Of a DNA stretch of 64,000 bases, positions 1-9,004 are shown in pieces. Position 1 is the stretch's first letter; every line of letters begins with the position of its first letter. The stretch covers positions 64,001-128,000 of the forward strand of contig CAWDML010000004.1 in assembly GCA_963803435.1 (NCBI GenBank). The letters are read 5' to 3'. A program made the position numbers and the translations under genes. This DNA comes from an uncultured delta proteobacterium. GTDB taxonomy: Bacteria > Myxococcota > Kuafuiibacteriia > Kuafuiibacteriales > Kuafuiibacteriaceae. The notes below the pieces were generated by a model. That model searched no databases and was not told where the DNA came from. It was given only the letters and a program-made list of their open reading frames with translations.

Positions 1-2
1 AC

Positions 3-1061
3 ATCGAGATCAGCGGTCTTCGTGCGTTCTGTCCTCAGTCGCAGATCGATCTCCGCCCCCAAAAGGCGGAGGAGTACCTCGGCAAGAAGTTCCCGTTCAA
101 GATCGTCGAGTTCAAGGATGGCGGCCGGAACATCGTCGTCTCCCGGCGCGTGATCCTCGACGAGGAGAAGAAGAAGCGCGCCGAAGAGGTGATGAAGACG
201 CTCGAGGTCGGCGCGCGCGTCCACGGCGAGGTCACCTCCCTCAAGGATTACGGTGCGTTCATCGACGTCGGCGGGGTCGAGGGCCTGGTGCACCTCTCCG
301 AGATCTCCCACGGCCACGTCAACAAGGCGCAGGAGAAGCTGAAGGTCGGCGATCAGGTCCTGGCGGTGGTCCTCAAGATCGAGGACGGCAAGGACGGCCA
401 GAAGAAGATCAGCCTCTCCATGAAGTCGCTGCTCTCCGATCCGTGGAGCGCGGCCGTGGACCAGGTCAAGATCGGGCAGAAGGTGCGGGGCAAGGTGGCC
501 CGCATCCAGACGTTCGGCGCCTTCGTCGAGATCCTTCCCGGCGTCGACGGCCTCATCCACGTCTCCAACATGCTGACCGGCGGGCGCGTGAAGGACCCGC
601 GCGACGTTCTCAAGGAGGGCGATGAGGTCGAGGCCACCGTCATCAGCACGGACTGGGACAAGCGGCGCATCGGGCTCTCGCTGGTGAAGACGCGCCAGGA
701 GCTGGCCGGCGAGCTGAAGCAGAACCAGGTGCTCGAGGGGACCGTCGACAAGATCGAGAGCTTCGGCCTCTTCGTGAAGCTGCCGACCGGCGCCCGCGGG
801 CTCGTGCCGGCCGCGGAGAGCAACACGCAGCGCGGTGTCGATCTGAAGAAGGAGTTCAGCGAGGGGCAGAAGGTGAAGGTGGCAGTGCTGGAGACCGACA
901 AGAAGTCGGGCAAGATCCGGCTCTCGATCCGGGCCGCGCTGGAAGCCGAGGAGCGGGCCGAATACGCCGGCTACCTCGACACCTCCACGCCCAAAGGCAA
1001 GGGTCTCGGGACGCTCGGCGACCTCTTCCGCGCCAAGCTCGGTACGCTCAAGAGCGAGTGA
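3..1061 (+). CDS. rpsA: 30S ribosomal protein S1 / S1-domain protein, 5' end outside the window
   Basis: The frame is open from position 3 (IEISGLRAFCPQSQID...). Repeated S1 motifs (YGAFIDVGGVEGLVHLSEIS, FGAFVEILPGVDGLIHVSNM) and C-terminal GLGTLGDLFRAKL. May be an S1 paralog rather than the main rpsA. Confidence 0.85.
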   Translation: MEISGLRAFCPQSQIDLRPQKAEEYLGKKFPFKIVEFKDGGRNIVVSRRVILDEEKKKRAEEVMKTLEVGARVHGEVTSLKDYGAFIDVGGVEGLVHLSEISHGHVNKAQEKLKVGDQVLAVVLKIEDGKDGQKKISLSMKSLLSDPWSAAVDQVKIGQKVRGKVARIQTFGAFVEILPGVDGLIHVSNMLTGGRVKDPRDVLKEGDEVEATVISTDWDKRRIGLSLVKTRQELAGELKQNQVLEGTVDKIESFGLFVKLPTGARGLVPAAESNTQRGVDLKKEFSEGQKVKVAVLETDKKSGKIRLSIRAALEAEERAEYAGYLDTSTPKGKGLGTLGDLFRAKLGTLKSE

Positions 1062-1158
1062 CTCCGCAGAGTGGAGTGGCTTGGCGCCCGCCGGTGTGAC
1101 CCGGTGGGACTCGTCACGCTTGCACGCACGGCCTGAGAGCCGCGTAGAATGAACGTCT

Positions 1159-1707
1159 ATGCTCAAGCGCGCGCTCTTTCCTCTCCTCGGCGCGGCCGTG
1201 CTCAGCGGCTGCAGCCTCATCTCGACCGAGGTCGAGACCAACGTGAAGGTGTCCGGGACCATCGACGGATCCGACACCCAGGTCTATGACAGCTTCGTTC
1301 AGGACCTGCTCGAGATCGACGACTACAAGAACAACATCGACAAGATCAAAAGCGGAGAGGTCTACGCCTTCCTGATCGAGTTCACGAACATCTACGATGA
1401 CAACAACGCGCGCACGGTCGGCGGCCGGGTGAACGTCCGCTATGCAGACAGCGACGATCCCTGGATCGAGGGCGTCGCCCAGTGGAACCCGGTGTACGTG
1501 GGCGACGCGTCCGACACCGATCGCAACTCGCGGCTCAACCAGATCTATCTCGAGCCCACGCCCGAGACGGCGAAGCGGCTCAACGACATCCTGTTCAACG
1601 ACAACCCGCGACCCGTCGAGTTCCAGGTCGAAGGGTTCGCCAGCGAAGCGCCTGTCCACTTCGACTACCGCGTGACCGTGTACCTCCGCATCAAGGCTCA
1701 CGGCTGA
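1159..1707 (+). CDS. Lipoprotein of unknown function
   Basis: Signal peptide with lipobox VLSG-C; strongly GC3-biased codons. Confidence 0.8.
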   Translation: MLKRALFPLLGAAVLSGCSLISTEVETNVKVSGTIDGSDTQVYDSFVQDLLEIDDYKNNIDKIKSGEVYAFLIEFTNIYDDNNARTVGGRVNVRYADSDDPWIEGVAQWNPVYVGDASDTDRNSRLNQIYLEPTPETAKRLNDILFNDNPRPVEFQVEGFASEAPVHFDYRVTVYLRIKAHG

Positions 1708-3527
1708 GCGCCCAGCGCCTCCATCGCCGCCCGGATCTGAGCCGCCATCTCCGTCGGTGCTCGCTCGAGCGCCTGCCGGTAGTGCGCGAGCGCCTGGTCC
1801 CTTCTCCCCTGCTCAGCCGCGATGGCCCCGGCGAGGACGTGCGCGGTGAATGCGTTCGGATCCAGGGCGAGCGCGGCCTCGACCGTCGTCTCCGCCGTCG
1901 CGAGATCGCCGGCGTCGGCCTGAACGCGCGCCAGCGTGATCCGTAGATCGACGTGCTCCGGCGCGAGCGCGACGGCACGCTCGAGGTGGACCCGTGCCTC
2001 GGCGAAGCGACCGAGCGAGGCCAGGGCGGCGCCCAGGTTGGCCTGCGCCTGGAGGTGGTCGGGCGCCCGCTCGAGCACGCTCGCGTAGTGCTGTGCGGCT
2101 TCGTCGAGGCGGCCGATCGCGAGCAGCAGGTTCCCGAGGTCGTAGTGCGCCTCCACGCTCCCCGCGTCCAGCTCGAGCGCCCGGCGGAAGTGCTTGGCGG
2201 CCTCGTCGGGCCGGCCGCTCTCCGCGAGGGCGCTCCCCAGGTCGACCTGCGCGTCCGGAGCCTCCGGCGCGATCCGGACCGCCTGCTCGAACGCCTCGAC
2301 GGCGCCGGGCAGGTCGTGCGCGAGGGCGAGCGCACGGCCCAGGTTGAGCCGGACCATGAAGTTGTCCGGGGCTCGGGCGGCGGCGTCGCGGTAGACCGTG
2401 ATCTCGTCGGTGAACAGCGCCGCGCGCTCGGCGGTGAGGAACAACAAGCCCGCCGTCAGGATCGCGGCCGCGGGCGTGCGCTGGCCGGCGCGGAGCCTCG
2501 CCCACAGGGGCGAGAGCAGCGCCAGCGGGCCGGCGATCGCCGGGTACTGCCAGTGATCGGCGACCAGGGAGAACTGCATGAACGGGATGTCGACGAAGCC
2601 GAGCACGGGGATCAGGTTGAGCGCGAAGAAGGTGAGGGCGTAGGCGGGCGCGCGGGCCCGGCGGAGGAGCCAGACGGCCACGACGACGCCGAGGAGCGGG
2701 AGCCAGGCGTGGGGCGACGAGGCCTCGATGTGCCAGCGAGGGTAGACGAACGACAGACCGATCGGGACCACGGTCTTGAAGAGGTAGAACCACAGCGCCC
2801 AGCCCGCGCCCAGGGCTCGCTCCAGCAGCGTGTCGTCGCGGACGATCGCCGTGCCGACCAGGTAGTGGAGGCGGTGGAACCAGACCGCGACTGCGCCCAG
2901 CACCAGCGCGATCGCGCCGAGGGGCAGGACGCCGACGAGCGCGCGTCGGGTCGGGCGACCGTGCCGCCAGGCGGAGAAGAGGAGGAGCACCGCGGGAAAC
3001 ATCACCGCCGAGGTCTTGCTCAGCATGGCGGCGGTGAAGGCGGCGCCCACCAGCACCAGCGTGCGCCGCGACCCGGAGGTCTCGTAGGAGAGGAAGGCGA
3101 GGGCGGCGCCGAGCGCGAAGGCGCTGGCGAGCAACGTCTTGGCCTGGAACATCCACGCGACCGCCTCGACGTTGACCGGGTGGAGGACGAACGCGATCGC
3201 GGGGACCAAAGGGTGGGCGCAATCCAGCTTGCGGAGGATTCGATGGATCAGGACCGCGTTGATCCCGTGGAGCGCCGCGTTGCCGAGGTGGTACGGCAGC
3301 ACCCAGGTCCCGAAGAGCTGCCGGAGGGCCCACAGCCACGTGTACGAGAGCGGCCAGTAGTCGTGGCTCTCGGTGGTCAGCCAGATCCGGCGGAGACCGT
3401 CGGGTCCGGCGAGGAGCGGGTTGTAGAAGAGGAACTGGGTGTCGTCCCAGATCGGCGCGCCGTTCAGCGCGGGGAGGTATGCGATCATCGCCAGCGCGAG
3501 CAGGAGCAGCGCCGCTCTCTTCTCCAC
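1698..3527 (-). CDS. TMTC-like GT-C membrane glycosyltransferase with C-terminal TPR repeats
   Basis: WDD acidic motif after the first TM helix, multi-TM core (YWPLSY, HPVNVEAVAW, VADHWQYP), then tandem TPRs (AHYDLGNLL, AQANLGAAL). Confidence 0.8.
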   Translation of the reverse strand: MEKRAALLLLALAMIAYLPALNGAPIWDDTQFLFYNPLLAGPDGLRRIWLTTESHDYWPLSYTWLWALRQLFGTWVLPYHLGNAALHGINAVLIHRILRKLDCAHPLVPAIAFVLHPVNVEAVAWMFQAKTLLASAFALGAALAFLSYETSGSRRTLVLVGAAFTAAMLSKTSAVMFPAVLLLFSAWRHGRPTRRALVGVLPLGAIALVLGAVAVWFHRLHYLVGTAIVRDDTLLERALGAGWALWFYLFKTVVPIGLSFVYPRWHIEASSPHAWLPLLGVVVAVWLLRRARAPAYALTFFALNLIPVLGFVDIPFMQFSLVADHWQYPAIAGPLALLSPLWARLRAGQRTPAAAILTAGLLFLTAERAALFTDEITVYRDAAARAPDNFMVRLNLGRALALAHDLPGAVEAFEQAVRIAPEAPDAQVDLGSALAESGRPDEAAKHFRRALELDAGSVEAHYDLGNLLLAIGRLDEAAQHYASVLERAPDHLQAQANLGAALASLGRFAEARVHLERAVALAPEHVDLRITLARVQADAGDLATAETTVEAALALDPNAFTAHVLAGAIAAEQGRRDQALAHYRQALERAPTEMAAQIRAAMEALGAQP

Positions 3528-3530
3528 GGG

Positions 3531-4490
3531 CTAGGTCTCTTCCGCGACGCTGTACATGGCGTCGTCCCGCGAGTGATAGAACGGCAAAAGACCGGCGAGG
3601 AATCCCAGCGACATCATCTGTGCGCCGAAGATCAGGCCGGCCACCGCGTAGATGGTGAGCGGCCGGCGGGTCAGCGGCAGGTAGCTCTCCGGGTACCAGA
3701 ACTGGAAGAGCCAGGTGCCGGCGAGATAGGACATGACCAGGAGGCTCACCACCAGCGCCACCAGCCCGACGCCGCCGAGCACGTGCTGCGGGCGCGCGCG
3801 ATAGCCGGTCAGGTATCGGATCATCAGTAGGTCGAGGAAGCCGCGGAACAGCCGGGACGAGCCGAACTTGGTGCGGCCGTGCTGCCGCGGGCGGTGATCG
3901 ACCGCCAGCTCGGTGACGCGAAAGCCCAGCTCGTCGGCGAGGATCGGGAGGAAGCGGTAGAGCTCGCCGTAGATCCGGACGTCGCGGAGGACCTCGCGCC
4001 GCATGCACTTGAGGCCGCAGTTGTGATCGTGGAGCGACATGCCCGAGAGGCCGTTGGCGAGCCCGTTGAAGACGCGGCTCGCCATCGTCTTGGACCACGG
4101 ATCCCGTCGTGCGCGCCGCCAGCCGTTCACCAGATCGAAGCCCTCGTCGAGCTTGCGGACCAGGTTCGGCAGCTCCTCGGCCAGGTCCTGGCCGTCGCCG
4201 TCCATGGTGCAGACCAGCTCGCCCTGGGCGCGCGCGACGCCGGCGGCCAGCGCGGCGCCCTTTCCGAAGGCCCGGCGGAGTCGCACCGCCCGCACGCGCG
4301 GATCGGCGTCGACCAGCGCGCGCAGCTTGGCCCAGGATCCGTCGCGGCTGCCGTCGTCGACGAAGAGGATCTCGATCTCCAGGCCGTGCGCCTCCGAGGT
4401 CGCGGCCAGGCCGGCGTGGAGCGCCTCGAGGCTCGCCTCCTCGTCCCGCACCGGGATGACGACGGAGATCATCCACGCCGCGTATATCAT
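3531..4490 (-). CDS. GT2 glycosyltransferase, polyprenol-phosphate glycosyltransferase (ArnC/DPM-like)
   Basis: SVVIPVRDE, VDDGSRD, MDGDGQD, DHNCGLK, RFLPILA and two C-terminal TM helices. Confidence 0.9.
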   Translation of the reverse strand: MIYAAWMISVVIPVRDEEASLEALHAGLAATSEAHGLEIEILFVDDGSRDGSWAKLRALVDADPRVRAVRLRRAFGKGAALAAGVARAQGELVCTMDGDGQDLAEELPNLVRKLDEGFDLVNGWRRARRDPWSKTMASRVFNGLANGLSGMSLHDHNCGLKCMRREVLRDVRIYGELYRFLPILADELGFRVTELAVDHRPRQHGRTKFGSSRLFRGFLDLLMIRYLTGYRARPQHVLGGVGLVALVVSLLVMSYLAGTWLFQFWYPESYLPLTRRPLTIYAVAGLIFGAQMMSLGFLAGLLPFYHSRDDAMYSVAEET

Positions 4491-4546
4491 GATCCGACGT
4501 TGTTACCCTCCAAAGCGTGACGATCGGATGTTCCGATCCGCGCGTT

Positions 4547-4594
4547 CCCGTGGCTCGTGGATCGTCACGGTGACGGTGATCGTGACGTGGACGG
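4547..4594. repeat. Degenerate hexamer low-complexity tract (GTGACG/GTGATC-like units), intergenic
   Basis: Sequence ...CGTGGATCGTCACGGTGACGGTGATCGTGACGTGGACGG between the two GT2 genes. Confidence 0.5.
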
Positions 4595-4616
4595 CCGAAG
4601 GAGCGACCTCCGTCGC

Positions 4617-5405
4617 TCACGCACCGAAGTACCCGCGGATCGCGCCCAGCAGCGTCGCGCCGTGGAGCGCGAGCAGGCCGGCGGCGAGGAGCGGATCGGC
4701 GCCGGTGAACAGGCGCAGGCGGTCCTCGGCGCGACCCGGGGCGCGCGGGTCGAAGCCGTACAGGCGCGCGGTCTGGCCGAAGCCGACGCCGACGCGGTGG
4801 GCCTTCGAGAGGAGCGCGCGTGCATCGGTTCGAGACGGGTGGCGGACGACGGCCGCAGGCGCGAGCGCGATCGGGAAGCCGGCGGCGGCGGCGCGACGCC
4901 CGTGCTCGGCGTCGCCGCCGGAGGTGAGACGGGCGTCGAACAGGCCGACGGCGTCGAACACCTCGCGGCGTACAAAGAGGTTGGCGGTGGCGCCGAAGCC
5001 CTCGGCGACGTAGCGATCCTGGCGGAGGAAGCGCGCGCGATCGAGGCGCTCGCAGTAGCTCGGCGGATCGCCGGCCGTGAGCTCGATGCGCCCTGCGACC
5101 CGCGGCACCGTCGTCAGCGCGGCCAGGCCGGCTCGGAGCCAGTCCGGGTCGGGTCGGCAGTCGGCGTCGGTGAATGCGAGCGCGACGCCGGTGGTGGCGC
5201 GGATCCCGGCGTTGCGCGCGGCGTAGGCGCCGGAGGGTCGGTCGAGCCGGAGGTGGGCGCCGGCGAGCGGCGGCGCCGAGGCGTCGTCGACGATCGCGAT
5301 CTCGAAGTCTTCCCGGGGGAGCGTCTGGCGCTCGAGATCACGAAGCAGTCGATCGAGCGAGGCGGCGTCACAACGCGCCGCGACGACCACCGAGACGACC
5401 GCCAC
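4617..5405 (-). CDS. GT2 family glycosyltransferase
   Basis: VSVVV, VDDAS, GAYAARNAG, FTDADC and VGLFD motifs. Confidence 0.9.
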   Translation of the reverse strand: MAVVSVVVAARCDAASLDRLLRDLERQTLPREDFEIAIVDDASAPPLAGAHLRLDRPSGAYAARNAGIRATTGVALAFTDADCRPDPDWLRAGLAALTTVPRVAGRIELTAGDPPSYCERLDRARFLRQDRYVAEGFGATANLFVRREVFDAVGLFDARLTSGGDAEHGRRAAAAGFPIALAPAAVVRHPSRTDARALLSKAHRVGVGFGQTARLYGFDPRAPGRAEDRLRLFTGADPLLAAGLLALHGATLLGAIRGYFGA

Positions 5406-5472
5406 GCTCTGGATGTACCTCCGGGGCTCACGCTTGCCCAGGGCCTCTCGGACGTGCGCTCATGCCGGCGCC

Positions 5473-8400
5473 ATGCGCGCGCTGCTTCTCGCCCCTCTCT
5501 TGCTCGCTGCCTGCGGGGGCGGCGGTGACGCCGTCATCCCGGACGCTGGGTTCGAGGACTCCGGGCCTCCGCCCGACAGCGGCTACTACCCCGGCCAGGT
5601 GCTCCTCTCCACGGTGACCCTCGACCTCGGTGCGATCGTCCTCGGCACCTCCAACAGCGGCTCCTTCACCATCACCAACCCGGGGACCGAGAGCGTGAAG
5701 ATCGCGTTGGCGCAGGCGTCCGGGCCCGACGCGGAGCGCTTCGTCCGTTCCGTGAACGTCCCGGAGACCGCCGGATCGTTCAAGCTCGAGGCCGGCGGCG
5801 TCGCCACGGTGACCGTGAGCGGCACGCCGGAGGCGGAGGGTCCGATCGGCGCAGCGATCCAGATCGACTCGTGCGAGACCGGATGTCCCCAGACCGTGAT
5901 GCTCGCCGGCGAGGGCGTTCTCTCGGGCGTGCGCTGTCCCGAACGCCTCGACCTCGGGCTGGTCAACCCGGGCAACTGCGTCATGCGCACGCTCACCTGC
6001 ACGAACGCGGGCAACGCGACCGAGCGGATCACCGCCGTGGAGCTGGAGCCGACCAGCGATCCCGAGATCACCTTGGCCCGTCCGGCGCTCCCGATCGTGC
6101 TCGCGGCCCGCGGAAGGCTGAACCTCGACGTCGCCTACTGTCCGGAGTCGCCCGCCGAGCATCAGGGCGAGATCACGATCGCCACCTTCACGCCGTTCCA
6201 GACCGAGCGCTCGATCCGGCTGACGGGGCGGGGCGGCGGCGCCGACATCAGCTGCGAGCCCACGGAGCTCGACTTCGGCGCCGTCGGAGTGGGCGCCTCG
6301 GTGACCGGTCAGGTGCTCTGCCACAACCGCGGCTTCGATCCCGGTGAGCTCGACGTGAGCCTCGCGGGCGGCACCGAGTTCTCCATCGATGCGGTTGGTT
6401 CGCAGCTCGGCGTCGGAGAGACCGTCGCTTTGACCGTGACTCACGCACCGGCGAGCCCGGGGCCGAAGCAGGATACCTTGCGCATCGCCACCAACGATCC
6501 CGACGCCCCGGAGATCGACGTCCCGCTGCGCTCGACCGCGCTCATGGTCAATCCGTGCGCTGCGGTGCTCGAGCCCACCTCCTTCGACCTCGGTCTGGTC
6601 GGGCTCGGCGACGCGCGGGTGGCGCGGTTCTACGTGAAGAACACCGGCGACGCCGCCTGCCTGGTCCGCGACGTCCATCTCACGCTCGGCTCGGGGACGG
6701 ACTTCCAGGTCGTCGAGCCGCCTCCTCCGGGCGTCACCATCGATCCCGGCTCGGCCCGCGCGATCGATGTCCAGCTGGCGCCGCAGAGCAACGGCGCGGT
6801 GAACGCCCGGCTGGTGGTGGCCTTCAGCAACCCGGGCACGACCGAGCTCACCGGCGACCTCAACGCGGTCGCCGGCGTCACCCCCATCGCGATCGATCCG
6901 CCGGTGATCGACTTCGGTCCCACGCCGCTCGGCTGCGCCGCGCCCCACACGCTGACCGTCCAGCTGCGGCGGATCGCCGGCGGCACGGGCAGCGTCCTCA
7001 ACGTGCAGGTGGCGAACGACGCCACCGGGGTCTTCTCGGTCGCCGCGAGCGTCCCGCAGACGCTGGCCTTCTGGGACACCACCGAGCTGTCGGTCTCCTA
7101 CGATCCACAGGTCGCCGGCCGCGACTCGGCGCAGCTCCGGATCATCACCGACGCCTCCCCGACGGCCATCATCGTTCCGATCACCGGCGAGGCGGTCGCC
7201 GCCGGCCCGCAGCACGACCTGGCGGTGATGTCGCCGCGCGCGGTCGACCTCCTGTTCGTGATCGACGATGCCTGCTCGATGCGTCCCGCACAGACAGCCC
7301 TGGCCGCCGCCATCGGCGAGCTCGATCGGATCCGTCTCGACCGTCAGGCCGACGTCCACGCCGCCGTGATCACGACCGACATGGAGAACACCGATCGCTC
7401 CGGTCACTTCCAGGGCATCCCGCCCGTCCTCGACGGCGCCTCGCCGTCCTTCCGCTCCGCGCTCGAGTCCCGGGTCGCGGTAGGGATCGGGGGGAGCAGC
7501 AACGAGATGGGCGTGCTGGCTCTGTACACCGCGCTCACGCCGCCCCTGTCGAACGCCGGCAATGCAGGCTTTCTGCGAGCCGACGCGGACCTCGCGATCA
7601 TCGCGGTGAGTGACGAGAACGACTACTCCCCGCCGACGCCCGCGATCCCTCCGGTGGTGGCGGCGCTCCGTCAGGCGGCCGGTCGCGGTCGCTTGCTCGT
7701 CGCCGGCATGGTGGGGCTGCCGAACCGCAGCTGCAGCGGGCCGTACGGAACGGCCTCCGCGGCCTCCCGCTGGTTCGAGCTCTCCGGACGCACGCAGACG
7801 GACGTCCCCACCTCGATCTGCAACACGATGCAGGCCAACCTGCGGGCGCTCGGCGAGCGGCTCTTCGGGGTCCCGGCGGTATCGCTCAGCGGGCGCCCGC
7901 TCATCGGGACGATCGCGGTGACCGTCGATGGGGCTCCACTCCCGGCCTCTGCGTGGCGCTACGATCTCTCCACGAACCGGGTCGTGATCCTCGATCCAGC
8001 GGACGCGCCGATCGGCGCCGGCGTCGAGGTGACCTACGATCCGGTGTGCCTGAGCGCTACCTGCGGCGACGGCGCGACCGATCCGGGCGAGGAGTGCGAC
8101 GACTCGAACACGAACGGCGATGATTCCTGCGTCGACTGCGCGCAAGCGGTGTGCGGCGACGGCATCGTCGAGGTCGGCGTCGAGGCCTGCGACGATGGCA
8201 ACCTGATCGAGAGTGACGCCTGCCTGCCCGGCTGCAGCGAAGCCACCTGCGGGGACGGAGTGCTCCGCCTCGGCGTCGAGACCTGCGACGACGGCAACAC
8301 GGTGAGCGGCGACGGCTGCCCCGCGACGTGCCGCTACTACACGGTCAGCGGTCCGGATCCGCAGCCGTTCGTCCCCATCACCGGCGGCACGCCGCTGACG

Positions 8401-8982
8401 CCTGCCTACCCCGGACAGGATCCGAACGACGACGGCGTCGCCACGGTGACGCTGCCGTTCGAGCTCCGGCTCTTCGACGTACCGACCGCCACCCTCACCG
8501 TCAGCGTCAACGGCTTCGCCTCGACGAGCCCGGGCATCGCGCCCAACAACTGGGTCAACACCTTCTTCCCCAACACGGCCCTGCCCGACGGCGTGATGGC
8601 GCCGTGGTGGGACGATCTCTATCTGGACACGGCGATCCCGGGGGGCGCCGAGATCGCGTGGACGGTCACCGGCACGACGCCGGCCCGGGTGGTGGTGATC
8701 GAGTGGCGGGATGTGCGCCTCCAGGGTCAGTCCACCGCGAACCATCGTCGCTTCACGTTCCAGCTTCAGCTCGAGGAGAGCGGCGTGATTCGCTTCGCGT
8801 ACGGCGACACGGAGACCGCAGGCACCGTGCCGACAGTGGCCTCGGCCTCGGCAGGGCTCGAAGATCCGTCGGCCCAGCGCGGTCTCGAGGTGCTCGGATG
8901 CTCACCGAACTGCGACGGGCGCGCGCGCCCACCGCGCGCTGACGGTTTCCCCGTGCAATCGGTCGTGACTTTCACTCCCTGA
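5473..8982 (+). CDS. Large surface lipoprotein: Ig-like (ASH/choice-of-anchor D) repeats, vWA domain, myxobacterial Cys-rich repeats (DUF4215-like), C-terminal beta domain
   Basis: ATG at 5473 gives lipobox LLAA-C. Repeated LDFG/LDLG...N-G Ig units, DLLFVIDDACSM...VITTD...VSDEND vWA signature, CGDG...E-CDDGN repeats. Confidence 0.8.
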   Translation: MRALLLAPLLLAACGGGGDAVIPDAGFEDSGPPPDSGYYPGQVLLSTVTLDLGAIVLGTSNSGSFTITNPGTESVKIALAQASGPDAERFVRSVNVPETAGSFKLEAGGVATVTVSGTPEAEGPIGAAIQIDSCETGCPQTVMLAGEGVLSGVRCPERLDLGLVNPGNCVMRTLTCTNAGNATERITAVELEPTSDPEITLARPALPIVLAARGRLNLDVAYCPESPAEHQGEITIATFTPFQTERSIRLTGRGGGADISCEPTELDFGAVGVGASVTGQVLCHNRGFDPGELDVSLAGGTEFSIDAVGSQLGVGETVALTVTHAPASPGPKQDTLRIATNDPDAPEIDVPLRSTALMVNPCAAVLEPTSFDLGLVGLGDARVARFYVKNTGDAACLVRDVHLTLGSGTDFQVVEPPPPGVTIDPGSARAIDVQLAPQSNGAVNARLVVAFSNPGTTELTGDLNAVAGVTPIAIDPPVIDFGPTPLGCAAPHTLTVQLRRIAGGTGSVLNVQVANDATGVFSVAASVPQTLAFWDTTELSVSYDPQVAGRDSAQLRIITDASPTAIIVPITGEAVAAGPQHDLAVMSPRAVDLLFVIDDACSMRPAQTALAAAIGELDRIRLDRQADVHAAVITTDMENTDRSGHFQGIPPVLDGASPSFRSALESRVAVGIGGSSNEMGVLALYTALTPPLSNAGNAGFLRADADLAIIAVSDENDYSPPTPAIPPVVAALRQAAGRGRLLVAGMVGLPNRSCSGPYGTASAASRWFELSGRTQTDVPTSICNTMQANLRALGERLFGVPAVSLSGRPLIGTIAVTVDGAPLPASAWRYDLSTNRVVILDPADAPIGAGVEVTYDPVCLSATCGDGATDPGEECDDSNTNGDDSCVDCAQAVCGDGIVEVGVEACDDGNLIESDACLPGCSEATCGDGVLRLGVETCDDGNTVSGDGCPATCRYYTVSGPDPQPFVPITGGTPLTPAYPGQDPNDDGVATVTLPFELRLFDVPTATLTVSVNGFASTSPGIAPNNWVNTFFPNTALPDGVMAPWWDDLYLDTAIPGGAEIAWTVTGTTPARVVVIEWRDVRLQGQSTANHRRFTFQLQLEESGVIRFAYGDTETAGTVPTVASASAGLEDPSAQRGLEVLGCSPNCDGRARPPRADGFPVQSVVTFTP

Positions 8983-9004
8983 GCCGGTACTTGGTGACCG
9001 CTCG

